A stretch of DNA of 64,000 bases from an uncultured Patescibacteria group bacterium (GTDB lineage: Bacteria; Patescibacteriota; Minisyncoccia; Phycocordibacterales; UBA918): positions 37,065 to 101,064 of the forward strand of contig CAKUWT010000002.1 of assembly GCA_934699595.1 (NCBI GenBank). Reading direction: 5' to 3'. Made by a program: the position numbers and the translations under genes. Shown piece by piece: positions 35,061 to 45,402 of this stretch. The notes beneath the pieces were generated by a model that was not told the origin of the DNA, did no database searches, and saw only the letters and a list, made by a program, of their open reading frames with translations. Position 1 is the stretch's first letter, and the number at the start of each line of letters is the position of its first letter.

Positions 35061-36771
35061 AAACAAACTTACCGGACGCGGCTTCTCATTGGTGGAGACA
35101 CTGGTGGTCTCGGCATTGATACTGGTGGTTTTTAGCGGTTTGATTTTAGGCTTCAAGTATTCTCTCGAGTTAATTCTGACTAGTCGGGCCCGGTTATCGG
35201 CGCTATCTGTAGCTACAGATCGGATGGAGTACATTCGCTCGCTATCGTATGATGACGCTGGCACAGTGGGAGGGATCCCAGCCGGGTCTATCCCACAAAC
35301 TCAAGTTATCAGCCTGAACGGTATTGATTTTACTGAGCGAATACTGATTGAATATCAGGACGACCCGGCTGATGATCTGGCCCCAACCGATTTAATCCCC
35401 ACCGATTATAAAGCGATACAAATCAGTTACGAGTGGACGGTAAATGGTAAGACCTACTCCACCTCACTGAGCAGCAATATCGTTCCCCGGTCTCTTGAGA
35501 CTAGCGCGGGCGGTGGATCCATTAGGGTGCGGGTTTATGATGCGGGAGCCAACCCGATAGCCGGGGCGGAGGTGAGACTAGTCAATAATTACGCCACCAC
35601 AACCGTCGACACTGTCAGAACTACCAACAGCAATGGGGAGGCTTTGTTTTTGGGAGCAGCGGCCGGTTCAGAGTATGAATTATCTGTGACCAAAGCCGGG
35701 TACTCCACAGATGGTACTTATCGGGCTGATGCCAAAGTGGTCACCCCTTACTCCGCTCCCTTTCCGGTGCTGGAAGGAGATGTGGTGGCGCTTAACTACT
35801 TTATAGATAAATTAAGCGATTTACACGTCGCTACTTATAGCAGTATTACTGACGCTAGTGTGGCTGTCGATATGAATGATAGCAGTCAGGTAGTAGCTAG
35901 TGATCAGGTAGTATTAAATGGCGGGCAGTGGCAATTGGCAGAGATTTCTCCCGGAGTTTTTGCAGACAGTGGACAAATTATGTACCAATTGCCGACCCCT
36001 GCACCACTAGCCGCTTGGCAGAACTTGACGCTTAGTAAGAACTTAATTCCCGGGACAAACCTACGTTACCGAATTTACCAAGGATACGCCTCTCCCGTAC
36101 TGGTCCCAGATACTGACTTACCCGGTAATAGTTTAGGATATGTAAGCGACGCCATTGATATTTCTGGACTTAATCCCGTCACTTATAACGAGCTGGTTTT
36201 GGGAGTTGATTTTGAAACTAGTGACTCAACAATCACCCCACAACTGTTGGGTGTAAAAAATAATTACTGGTCTGAGGCCACAGTTTTGCCTAATGTCAGC
36301 TTTGCTCTTGATAGTATGAAAATTATCGGACAAGATGGTGACGGAGCGGATGTCAGTAAGAATAGCTATGCGATGAATACGGCGGGTAATGGCAAGGCAC
36401 TATTAAGTGATATTGAGTGGGACTCGTATAATTTCGTCAATGCTGGTTACGATGTGATCAGTGCCTGTACCGGCGATCCGGTATCGGTAGCGCCTGGCAC
36501 CGAAGATAATCTGACATTAGTCCTCCAGCCCAAAATACCTAATAGTTTAAGAGTGGTGGTAAAAAATAATGAGCAGCAACCAATAGCTGGAGTGGCGGTT
36601 TCTTTGTCAGGTAGTGGGGTGACTAAAAATTTGGAGAGTGATTTTTGTGGACAGGCTTTCTTCCCCGGCCTGACCAAGGACGGTAACTACACGGTGACGG
36701 TTGATTATGAGGGGGTAACCCAGACCGTGGATGTGATTGGGGGACAGACAGCGGCGACGGTAATCTTTTAG
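35047..36771 (+). CDS. Large pseudopilin / minor pilin-like protein with a prepilin-type N-terminus and beta-rich C-terminal domains
   Basis: The ATG at 35047 overlaps the pilC stop. The leader MACLRNKLTGRG|FSLVETLVVSALILVV matches the prepilin cleavage/methylation motif. About 575 aa. Confidence 0.7.
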   Translation: MACLRNKLTGRGFSLVETLVVSALILVVFSGLILGFKYSLELILTSRARLSALSVATDRMEYIRSLSYDDAGTVGGIPAGSIPQTQVISLNGIDFTERILIEYQDDPADDLAPTDLIPTDYKAIQISYEWTVNGKTYSTSLSSNIVPRSLETSAGGGSIRVRVYDAGANPIAGAEVRLVNNYATTTVDTVRTTNSNGEALFLGAAAGSEYELSVTKAGYSTDGTYRADAKVVTPYSAPFPVLEGDVVALNYFIDKLSDLHVATYSSITDASVAVDMNDSSQVVASDQVVLNGGQWQLAEISPGVFADSGQIMYQLPTPAPLAAWQNLTLSKNLIPGTNLRYRIYQGYASPVLVPDTDLPGNSLGYVSDAIDISGLNPVTYNELVLGVDFETSDSTITPQLLGVKNNYWSEATVLPNVSFALDSMKIIGQDGDGADVSKNSYAMNTAGNGKALLSDIEWDSYNFVNAGYDVISACTGDPVSVAPGTEDNLTLVLQPKIPNSLRVVVKNNEQQPIAGVAVSLSGSGVTKNLESDFCGQAFFPGLTKDGNYTVTVDYEGVTQTVDVIGGQTAATVIF

Positions 36772-36785
36772 CAGCTGGTATAACT

Positions 36786-37397
36786 ATGAATAAACTATAC
36801 TTACAAAAGGGTTTTACGTTAGCTGAAGTGGTCGTGGTGGCGACGATCAATACCGTGCTGATGCTGGCGGTGTCGCTAACTGTTATGTATATTTATCAAC
36901 AAAACAGCTACACCTTCTCACAGAGTCAAGAAATCGATCATGCTCGTCGGGGATTGTTAACTTGGGAACAAGACGCCCGGTCCATGAGTACTGGAGCGGA
37001 CGGTTCTTACGCGGTAGAAAAGGCTCAGTCTAGTAGTTTTGAATTTTATACAAATATTGACCACGACAAAGATATTGAATTTGTCCGGTATGTCGTGGAC
37101 GACCATACTTTATACCGGTACATATATAAAGCTACTGGTTTACCGGTGAAGTACGAGCGAGCGACACCCACTTCAATAGAAATCTTATCAGAGTATGTGC
37201 AAAATATAGACTTAGGGGTACCTCTGTTTACTTACTACGGTGGCAACGGGGCAGAGTTGTTGTCTCCTGAGGCGATGATCACTGATATTAGGTATGTGGA
37301 TATGGAGATTGTTATCAATGTTGACCCCCTCCGTTCGCCAGACGGCTACACCCTTAAGGGGAGTGTTACACCCCGGAACCTTAAAGATAACTTATAA
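36786..37397 (+). CDS. Minor pilin / pseudopilin
   Basis: 203 aa with MNKLYLQKG|FTLAEVVVVATI, a prepilin-type N-terminus. Confidence 0.7.
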   Translation: MNKLYLQKGFTLAEVVVVATINTVLMLAVSLTVMYIYQQNSYTFSQSQEIDHARRGLLTWEQDARSMSTGADGSYAVEKAQSSSFEFYTNIDHDKDIEFVRYVVDDHTLYRYIYKATGLPVKYERATPTSIEILSEYVQNIDLGVPLFTYYGGNGAELLSPEAMITDIRYVDMEIVINVDPLRSPDGYTLKGSVTPRNLKDNL

Positions 37398-38834
37398 TTG
37401 CTTAGTATGAACGTCTCACTAAAAAATAATTTGCAAAGTGGTTACTTGCTGGTATTGGTGCTGGTCTTTGGAGCCATCTTCCTGACTATTCTGATGGGCT
37501 TTATTAGTTTTATTTATTCTCAGAGTCGGGTGGTCACTCAACGAGTGCAGTTAGAACAGGCGGGGAATATTGCCGAGGCTGGCCTCAATTATTACCGCTG
37601 GTTTTTGGCGCATTATCCTGATGATGTTACTAATGGCACCGGTGCTCCGGGGCCGTACGTTGAGGTCTATACCGATCCGGCTGGTAACGCTATTGGTGAG
37701 TACTCTTTGGATATTGAAAGTACTGAGTTTTGTGGAGATGTCTCAACCATCACCGTGCACTCAACGGGATATACTTACGAAAACCCGAGCGTGAAGCGTA
37801 CCATTAGTGCTAGTTACCGGCGCCCAACAGTGGCGGACTATTCTTTTATTATCAACCAAAATGTCTGGGCGGGTGATTCTCGGGTGATCACCGGCCCTTA
37901 TCACAGCAATGGCGGTATTCGCATGGACGGGCAGAATAATTCTCAGGTGACTAGTATGCTGGGAACCTGGACTTGTACCGACAGTTTCGGCTGCAGCCCA
38001 GCCACTACCAAGCCGGGAGTTTTTAGTACCGAGAGCCATTCCCGTCCAGAGTTATTTTCTTATCCGGTACCACAAATCAACTTTGGTAATTTTAAATATG
38101 ATTTGTTGAGTATGAAAGAGAAGGCGATCAATAATGGCGGGCTTTTTCTTCCAGCTTCAAATAAAGAGGGTTACGAAATCACTATCAATGGTGACGATAT
38201 TGAAGTCTACCGGGTTGTCAAAACCCACAGCTATTACGGTCTGAGTGTTAATGACTTAAAAAACTATCAGCTGGAGGACAATGTGATTAAGAACAAGAAC
38301 GTGGTGCCGAATAAGGACTTTGATCCCAGCTGTCCAATTATTTTTGTCGAAGACCGAGTCTGGCTGAAAGGTAATTTGAATGACCGAGTGACCCTGATCG
38401 CCAGTAACCAAAGTGATACCAGTAAAAAACCGTCGATTATTCTGCAGGGCAACATCACTTACAACAACCCTGATGCCGGTTTGCTGGCTCTCGCGGAATC
38501 CAATGTGTTGATTGGGGTGAATGTACCTAATAATCTGTACCTGAACGGGATCTTTATTGCTAAGGAGGGGTACTACGGGCGTAACCACTACACCGCTTCA
38601 CACTTAAGCTCTATCGGTATGTCCGCTTACGTTTTCCGTAATTCTGAGAACCTTAACGGAACCGTGGTTTCTAACGGCCAGGTGGGGACGCAGTGGACGA
38701 GTTCGGGAGTGCCAGTTTCAGGTTTCTACAATCGTTACAACACCTTCGACCGTAACTTGGCGGAGAACCCGCCAGCTCTCACCCCCCGGATTTCTGAAGT
38801 CTACCAGTTTCTGGATTGGCGGGACGCGCGGTAG
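37398..38834 (+). CDS. PilX-like minor pilin / pilus-associated protein
   Basis: 478 aa. The N-terminal TM plus QLEQAGNIAEAGLNYYRW resembles the PilX N-terminal domain. Confidence 0.55.
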   Translation: MLSMNVSLKNNLQSGYLLVLVLVFGAIFLTILMGFISFIYSQSRVVTQRVQLEQAGNIAEAGLNYYRWFLAHYPDDVTNGTGAPGPYVEVYTDPAGNAIGEYSLDIESTEFCGDVSTITVHSTGYTYENPSVKRTISASYRRPTVADYSFIINQNVWAGDSRVITGPYHSNGGIRMDGQNNSQVTSMLGTWTCTDSFGCSPATTKPGVFSTESHSRPELFSYPVPQINFGNFKYDLLSMKEKAINNGGLFLPASNKEGYEITINGDDIEVYRVVKTHSYYGLSVNDLKNYQLEDNVIKNKNVVPNKDFDPSCPIIFVEDRVWLKGNLNDRVTLIASNQSDTSKKPSIILQGNITYNNPDAGLLALAESNVLIGVNVPNNLYLNGIFIAKEGYYGRNHYTASHLSSIGMSAYVFRNSENLNGTVVSNGQVGTQWTSSGVPVSGFYNRYNTFDRNLAENPPALTPRISEVYQFLDWRDAR

Positions 38835-38869
38835 TGAGGTTCGGTTTACCTGTGGTAGAATGTGTCCAT

Positions 38870-39649
38870 ATGCAAACTACCGGAAAATGGGTGATTGGTA
38901 ATTGGAAAATGAACCCTGGGGAACTAGCGGAAGCCAAAAAATTATTCCTCGGGGCAAGACAGGCAGCCAAAAAATATCCGTCAGTTCAGGTAGGAGTGGC
39001 AGCACCGTTTGTCTTTCTTAGTGAGTTGCGGAAACTGTCGGTGGCCGGTCTCGTCTCTCTAGGGGCGCAGAATTTATTCCCCGAAGCTCTGGGTGCCCAC
39101 ACCGGCGAAATCTCACCCTTGATGTTGAAAGGTCTAAACGTGACTCAGGTTATCATTGGTCATAGTGAGCGCCGAGCGGCTGGAGAAACTAGTCAGGAAA
39201 TTGTCGCTAAAATCAAGAGTGCTTTGAAGTACAAGCTGACTCCAATTATTTGCTTTGGGGAAACGGAACGCGATGAGCAGGGCAGTTTTTTGGCGGTAGT
39301 GGAAGCGCAGCTAGAAGAGATTGTGGCAGAAATTCCGGCGACGCGACTGAAGGAGGTTATTTTTGCTTATGAGCCTGTCTGGGCGATTGGCAGTGGAGAG
39401 ACCCCCGCCCCGGATGAGGTGGAAGAAATGCGGCTATTTATTCACAAAGTCTTAGCTAAGAAGTATTCTCGACCAGTCGCGAGTAAGGCGACGATTATTT
39501 ATGGCGGTTCGGTTTCTAAAAATAACGCGGCATTGCTGTTGGCGGAAACGGAGATGGCTGGTTTTTTGGTCGGCGGTGCCAGTTTGAAGGTAGGTGATTT
39601 TGAGGGCATTATTGCAGCGGCCGCTAAGAGTGATAAAAAATCAAGATGA
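38870..39649 (+). CDS. tpiA: Triosephosphate isomerase
   Basis: The ATG at 38870 gives MQTTGKWVIGNWKMN...AYEPVWAIGSG. The track's earlier TTG start would overlap the upstream gene. Confidence 0.9.
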   Translation: MQTTGKWVIGNWKMNPGELAEAKKLFLGARQAAKKYPSVQVGVAAPFVFLSELRKLSVAGLVSLGAQNLFPEALGAHTGEISPLMLKGLNVTQVIIGHSERRAAGETSQEIVAKIKSALKYKLTPIICFGETERDEQGSFLAVVEAQLEEIVAEIPATRLKEVIFAYEPVWAIGSGETPAPDEVEEMRLFIHKVLAKKYSRPVASKATIIYGGSVSKNNAALLLAETEMAGFLVGGASLKVGDFEGIIAAAAKSDKKSR

Positions 39650-40770
39650 GATTACTAACCGATATCCCGGCTGCAGAACTGAAAGACCGTTACGTATTTT
39701 TACGTGGCTCGTTGAATGTGCCGGTGCGGGATGGGGTAGTGCTGGATGATTTTCGCTTGCAGCAATTATTGCCCACTATCAAGTATTTACAGGAGCGAGA
39801 GGCACGGATTATTTTAGCGGGACACATTGGTCGAGAAGCAAACGAAACCTTGCAACCAGTACAATTGGCTTTGGCGGAGCTGGGGATAGAAACTATCTGG
39901 GGTGGGCGAGTGGGAGAGGGAAGTTTTGCTACAGCGCGAGCTGATTTATTGTCAGGGCAAGTGCTGTTGTTAGAAAACCTGCGCCAAGATCCGCGGGAAG
40001 TGGTTAATGATTCTGGATTTGTTAGTGAGTTGGCAGCGACAGCCGATTTGTACATTAATGACGCTTTTGCCGATTCGCATCGAGAACACGCTTCTATTTT
40101 TGGTCTGCCACAGCGCCTACCGAGTTATGCGGGTTTAGGATTGGCGAAGGAAGTGACTGAGTTGTCTAAGGCCCTTAATCCAATCCGACCGTCTTTGCTG
40201 ATTTTAGGCGGAGCCAAGTTTGATACCAAGATCCCCCTGTTGGAAAAATTGCTACCAGTTTATGATTGTGTCTTTATTGGCGGCGCTTTACTAAATGACG
40301 TATTGTTGGCGACGGGTTATGAGGTCGGGCGGTCGTTGGTGTCTGAGGTGTCGTTAGTCGGACGTTCGTGGCTGAAAGATTCTAAAATTGTTCCGGTGAT
40401 AGATGTGGTGGTGCGTAGCGGAGAGCAGGAGCGAGTGTGTCTGATTAGTGAAGTGCAGCCAGCAGAAATGATTGTCGATATGGGACCAGAAACAGTCGCC
40501 AGTTTGCGAGGGCCGATTAGCGAGGCGAAAACTATTTTATGGAACGGTCCGCTAGGATTGTATGAATCCGGGGCTAAAGGCAGTACTCACGCAGTGGTGG
40601 AGCTAGCGGCGGCGAGCAAGGCTTTTTCAGTGGTGGGCGGAGGAGACACAATAGCAGCGATTGCCGACTTGGCGGTAGAGGAAAAGCTCGGTTTTGTTTC
40701 TACTGGAGGTGGAGCAATGCTGACTTTCTTGGAGCAGGGCACTTTGCCGGGGATTAGGGTGTTGGGGTAG
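39646..40770 (+). CDS. pgk: Phosphoglycerate kinase
   Basis: 374 aa with the PGK hinge/binding motifs; it overlaps the tpiA stop by 4 nt. Confidence 0.9.
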   Translation: MRLLTDIPAAELKDRYVFLRGSLNVPVRDGVVLDDFRLQQLLPTIKYLQEREARIILAGHIGREANETLQPVQLALAELGIETIWGGRVGEGSFATARADLLSGQVLLLENLRQDPREVVNDSGFVSELAATADLYINDAFADSHREHASIFGLPQRLPSYAGLGLAKEVTELSKALNPIRPSLLILGGAKFDTKIPLLEKLLPVYDCVFIGGALLNDVLLATGYEVGRSLVSEVSLVGRSWLKDSKIVPVIDVVVRSGEQERVCLISEVQPAEMIVDMGPETVASLRGPISEAKTILWNGPLGLYESGAKGSTHAVVELAAASKAFSVVGGGDTIAAIADLAVEEKLGFVSTGGGAMLTFLEQGTLPGIRVLG

Positions 40771-40900
40771 GTGATGAGTGAGGGCCCGGCCAGTGATTTT
40801 CCAAAGGAAAATCACGGGCCAGGTTTTGGTTATTTTATTTTTAGAACTACTCCTGGCGAGGAGTTGCTCCCGCTGAAAACAGAAAAGTTTTATGTGCTGG

Positions 40901-41326
40901 TTAATTAGCCAAAGCAGCACGTAGGCGAGCAGCAGTTTCCGCCTGAGCTTCTGGAGTAACTTCAGTATGGCCAAAGGGCAGCGCTTTTCCATCATCAGCC
41001 AAGCGGGGAATAACGTGCAGATGCGCGTGAGGTATCTCTTGTCCAGCTTCTTCACCACTATTCATCACGATATTAACGCCTGTCGCTAGACCAGTTTCTT
41101 TCAAACTGCGACTAATTTTCCTGGCTAGCAAAATCATTTCTTGTAAGTAGGTTGGTTCACTGTCAAAAATATTGACGAATACTTGTTTAGGAATAATCAG
41201 GGTGTGTCCGGGATTGACTGGCTGAATATCCAGAAAAGCCAGTAGCTGGTCGTCTTCGTAAATGATGTTAGCGGGGATTTCCCGAGCGATAATTTTAGTA
41301 AAGATGGTTTCCGGATGTTTGTCCAT
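40901..41326 (-). CDS. HIT-family (histidine triad) hydrolase
   Basis: 141 aa with the HAHLHVIPR histidine triad. Confidence 0.85.
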   Translation of the reverse strand: MDKHPETIFTKIIAREIPANIIYEDDQLLAFLDIQPVNPGHTLIIPKQVFVNIFDSEPTYLQEMILLARKISRSLKETGLATGVNIVMNSGEEAGQEIPHAHLHVIPRLADDGKALPFGHTEVTPEAQAETAARLRAALAN

Positions 41327-41356
41327 GGTAGTTTAATGTTACCATAGGAAGCACTT

Positions 41357-43084
41357 ATGAGTCACGAGCGTACCAGGTTAAAAATTCCTCAGCTGAGCGA
41401 TGTGCCGGTTTCAGTGCGTGCTGAGTTGGCGGAGTTTTCGCCCACCATGCAGCTCCTTCTCTGGCAAGCTGGTTTTGATGACAAAAAAGCTGTAGCCTCG
41501 TTTATTAATCCTAGCTATGAGGATAGTCTACATGATCCGCTATTGCTGCACGATATTGGTAAGGCCACTAAAGCCATTGTGCGGGCAGTTGATCATAGAC
41601 AGAAAATTGCTATTTTTAGTGACTATGATTGTGATGGTATTCCGGGGGCAGTGGTACTGCATGATTTCTTCACCGCCATCAAGCACGAGAACTTTATTAA
41701 TTACATCCCACACCGCCACTATGAGGGCTTTGGCTTGAGTATAGCGGCGGTAGAGAAATTAGCTAAAGATGGGGTGGAATTGATTATTACGATTGATTGT
41801 GGGGTAACCGACGTGGAGGCAGTGGCGCGTGCCAATGAGCTCGGTGTGGCGGTTATTATTACTGATCATCATGAGCCGGGCGAGACCTTACCAGATGCCC
41901 TGGCCATCGTTAATCCTAAATTAGGCAAATACCCGTTCCCTAATTTATGTGGAGCGGCAGTGGCTTTTAAGCTGGCAAAGGCGGTGATGCAGGTGAGTAG
42001 TTACCAAGTTACGCCCGGACAGGAAAAGTGGTGGCTTGATATGGTGGGGTTAGCTACTATTGCTGATATGGTGCCACTGGTGGACGAAAACCGCACTCTG
42101 GCACTTTATGGTTTGAAGGTGTTGCAAAAGTCTCGTCGCCCCGGCCTGCAGCATTTACTACGGTTAGCCAAGACTAGTCAACGCTTTATCACCGAGGACG
42201 ACATCGGCTTTACCGTTGGTCCACGTATTAACGCCGCTTCACGGATGGATGCTCCCGAGCAAGCCCTGAACTTACTTATTAATCAAGACGAGGTCGAAGC
42301 TGGGGTGCTCGCCCGTGATTTAGAAAAACTAAACAACGAACGAAAAGGATCAGTGGCCGCCCTCACAAGACAGCTGCATCAAAAAGTTTATGGTCTGGTG
42401 GAGGTGCCTCCCGTCTTGGTTTTTGGTGACAATACCTGGCGTCCGTCATTAGTGGGTTTGGTCGCTGGCAAGTTGGCAGAGGAATATCAGCGCCCGGCAT
42501 TTATCTGGGGTCGTGATGGTAATAACGTCATTAAAGGTTCGGCTCGCTCGGGTGGCGGTGTCAGTGTACTGGCACTGATGCAGCAGGTACCGGAGGCTTT
42601 TCTTGGTTTTGGTGGTCATCAGGAAGCGGGTGGATTTTCGGTGGCAGATGAGCAGGTGATTGCCCTTGCTGATAGTTTGGTAGCAGCCCATGGTCGTTTG
42701 GCGGGGGCGGAGGAACGAGTGGAGATAACGTCCCAGACTTGGGATATTAAAGCTGAATTGGAATGGTCTGATCTGTTCACTCAATTACCACAAGAACTAT
42801 TTCAACTAGCGCCGTTTGGAGTTGGTAATGAAAAGCCACTGTTTGTATTTCGTCCAGAGGCACCGTCAGCGGTAGTCAGTTTTGGTAAGCAGCAGGAGCA
42901 TACCCGCCTTACTTTTGTGACGCCCAAAGGCGCGATTGAGGCAATTGCTTTCTTTACTACCCCGGATCAGTTTCGAGTGACTCCGACCGTAGGGGTGGCC
43001 AATACTGTCTTGGGATACCTGGAGGTTAGCTACTGGCGGGGACGACGTGAGGTGCGAGTAAGGCTGGTGGAGATTTTGCCATAA
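41357..43084 (+). CDS. recJ: Single-stranded-DNA-specific exonuclease RecJ
   Basis: 575 aa with DHH motifs (FSDYDCDGIPGAV; ITDHH) and a DHHA1 region. Confidence 0.85.
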   Translation: MSHERTRLKIPQLSDVPVSVRAELAEFSPTMQLLLWQAGFDDKKAVASFINPSYEDSLHDPLLLHDIGKATKAIVRAVDHRQKIAIFSDYDCDGIPGAVVLHDFFTAIKHENFINYIPHRHYEGFGLSIAAVEKLAKDGVELIITIDCGVTDVEAVARANELGVAVIITDHHEPGETLPDALAIVNPKLGKYPFPNLCGAAVAFKLAKAVMQVSSYQVTPGQEKWWLDMVGLATIADMVPLVDENRTLALYGLKVLQKSRRPGLQHLLRLAKTSQRFITEDDIGFTVGPRINAASRMDAPEQALNLLINQDEVEAGVLARDLEKLNNERKGSVAALTRQLHQKVYGLVEVPPVLVFGDNTWRPSLVGLVAGKLAEEYQRPAFIWGRDGNNVIKGSARSGGGVSVLALMQQVPEAFLGFGGHQEAGGFSVADEQVIALADSLVAAHGRLAGAEERVEITSQTWDIKAELEWSDLFTQLPQELFQLAPFGVGNEKPLFVFRPEAPSAVVSFGKQQEHTRLTFVTPKGAIEAIAFFTTPDQFRVTPTVGVANTVLGYLEVSYWRGRREVRVRLVEILP

Positions 43085-43145
43085 CTAGAATCGGCAAATT
43101 GTATTAGGGACAGTTTTTCGCTATGATAGATACATTACGTAATAT

Positions 43146-43565
43146 ATGGAAAAAATTTTCGTCAATACGGATGGTGGCGCTCGAGGTAATCCGGGACCAG
43201 CAGCAGTGGGGGTGTTTGTGACGGATGCTGACGGGAAGATGCTGAAGGAGGTAAAACAGACTATCGGTAATAGCTCTAATAACTTTGCCGAGTATCAGGC
43301 GGTGCTGATCGGGCTTGAGACTCTTAAGCAAATGTATGGTAAGGCCACTAGGGATAAAGAGATTGTTTTGCGCTTAGATAGTGAGTTGGTAAAGAAGCAG
43401 CTGAACGCTGAGTACCAAATAAAGGAACCAGGCCTGGTACCCAATTTCATTGCCATTCATAACTTACGTGTGACGAATTTTCCACATCTTACTCTCCAAC
43501 ATGTACCGCGGGAGCAGAACAAAGAAGCTGATCGCCTGGTTAACGAAGCCTTGGATGGTCAGTAG
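43146..43565 (+). CDS. rnhA: Ribonuclease HI-like protein
   Basis: 139 aa with NTDGGARGNPGPAAVG...NNFAEYQAVLIGLETL matching the RNase H fold motifs. Confidence 0.75.
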   Translation: MEKIFVNTDGGARGNPGPAAVGVFVTDADGKMLKEVKQTIGNSSNNFAEYQAVLIGLETLKQMYGKATRDKEIVLRLDSELVKKQLNAEYQIKEPGLVPNFIAIHNLRVTNFPHLTLQHVPREQNKEADRLVNEALDGQ

Positions 43566-43584
43566 CAGCGCCGGTTAGTTACTT

Positions 43585-45261
43585 ATGGTGGCTACGAAGA
43601 AATTATTTTTCATCACCAGCTGCTTTGCTCTCGGTATTTTAGTCGCTAGTTTTTGGACAGTGTCACCCACGACGCTGTCTTTTTTATTACTGTTAGCTCT
43701 ATTGTTAGGTCTAATCTACGTCCGAGAGAAGCGGGGTGTTCACTCAGCTTGGGTGTTGATCGGGAGTATCGTGTTGGTTAGTTTTGTAGCTGGGGTTTTT
43801 CGCCTGCAGCTAGCAGATTTACATTGGGAACAAACTGGTCACGGCTTGGACAACTTAGTGGGTGAGACAGTTACTCTTGAAGGAGTGATTGCCGAGCCGC
43901 CGGAGTCGCGAGAAGCTACCCAGCGCTTGGTGATAACTACCTCAGAGGTAAGGGTGATAGTGTCGACGGAGCGTTACCAAGATTTAGCTTATGGCGACCA
44001 GGTCACCGTCATTGGAAAATTGAAAAAACCGGAAACTATTATTTCTGAAGACGGGCGGACTTTTGATTACGCTGGTTATTTAAAGGCTAAAAATATTGCT
44101 TACCAAATCTCTTTTGCTCAAGTAGAGGTCACCTCTTCTGGTCATGGCCAACCAGTCTTGGCTCTGATTTATCGACAGAAGTACGCTTTTATGAACGCTC
44201 TAGAATCAGTCTTAAGTGAGCCAGAGGCCGGGTTAGGAGAAGGATTGTTGCTCGGGGTGAAGCAGTCGCTCGGGGTTAAGTTGGAGGAGGATTTTCGCCG
44301 GACGGGGATTATCCATATCGTGGTTTTGTCTGGGTACAACGTGATGATTGTGGTGGCGTTCATGATGTTTATTTTGAGTTTATTTCTGGGTCAGCGGGGG
44401 CGGATTATTGGCGGAGTAATTGGCATTATGGGGTTTGCGCTGTTGGTGGGCTTGTCGGCCACGGTTCTTCGTGCCAGCATTATGGCGGTGCTGGGACTCC
44501 TAGCTTTATTCTGGGGGCGGAGCTATGACGTAATGAGGGCCTTATTTATCGCTGGGATGATTATGTTGCTTTTCAACCCTGATATTTTGGTGCATGATGT
44601 TGGTTTTCAGTTGTCTTTTATGGCTACTTTTGGATTGATTCTGTCTTTGCCTAACTTTGAGAATATCTTAGTGGCTTGGAGAGATCGGGTGGGTATAAAA
44701 GAAATTATCATGTCAACTGTGGCCACACAAATTGCCGTTTTACCACTCTTGCTTTACCAGATGGGACAGCTATCTTTTGTAGCGGTCGCCGTGAACGCTC
44801 TAGTCTTGCCGGTGGTGTCTTTTGCTATGCTGGGAACTTTTGTGACCGGACTGACTGCTGTGGCGTCACCTACTCTGGCCCTCGTCCCCGCTCTGCCCAC
44901 CAACTTCTTTTTAGGCTACATTATTATGATGGCCGAATGGTGGTCGGCACTTCCCTTTGCGACGGCAAACTTGCCGGTGTTTTCGGCGCTATGGTTGATG
45001 GTGGCCTATGGATTACTAACGGCTGTGTTCATTGTTGGACGTCGGATGTTAAAAAACTATCATACTAAAAAGATGGCTAGAGAAAAAAGTAAGATGAGCA
45101 CAATTTCTGTTGACAGTCAGGAGCAGGACTTGAGTCGGTGGCAGGTAGTGACTGAAGCGGAGTGGTTGGTGGGGGAAGCGGCCGAGCCGAGCGAAGACTT
45201 GCCTTCGCCCGGCTCGGCCGCGGCTTCTGTCCCAAAGACGTTGCCGGTCTTCTTTCAGTAG
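43585..45261 (+). CDS. comEC: ComEC/Rec2-like competence membrane protein; channel portion only, no MBL domain
   Basis: 558 aa, polytopic membrane protein with an N-terminal DUF4131-like region and competence domain. No C-terminal metallo-beta-lactamase module is present. Confidence 0.75.
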   Translation: MVATKKLFFITSCFALGILVASFWTVSPTTLSFLLLLALLLGLIYVREKRGVHSAWVLIGSIVLVSFVAGVFRLQLADLHWEQTGHGLDNLVGETVTLEGVIAEPPESREATQRLVITTSEVRVIVSTERYQDLAYGDQVTVIGKLKKPETIISEDGRTFDYAGYLKAKNIAYQISFAQVEVTSSGHGQPVLALIYRQKYAFMNALESVLSEPEAGLGEGLLLGVKQSLGVKLEEDFRRTGIIHIVVLSGYNVMIVVAFMMFILSLFLGQRGRIIGGVIGIMGFALLVGLSATVLRASIMAVLGLLALFWGRSYDVMRALFIAGMIMLLFNPDILVHDVGFQLSFMATFGLILSLPNFENILVAWRDRVGIKEIIMSTVATQIAVLPLLLYQMGQLSFVAVAVNALVLPVVSFAMLGTFVTGLTAVASPTLALVPALPTNFFLGYIIMMAEWWSALPFATANLPVFSALWLMVAYGLLTAVFIVGRRMLKNYHTKKMAREKSKMSTISVDSQEQDLSRWQVVTEAEWLVGEAAEPSEDLPSPGSAAASVPKTLPVFFQ

Positions 45262-45402
45262 TTTTAGAGTTCTCTGGTAGAGTATTTTTCCTAGAACTTG
45301 ATTGGGTACAGGAAAATAATTGGACCGCGGGCTTTGCCCGCGGTCCAATTATTTTAAATACACTCAGCTCTTATTATCGGCCAATTGTCGTGCCGATCAA
45401 CT

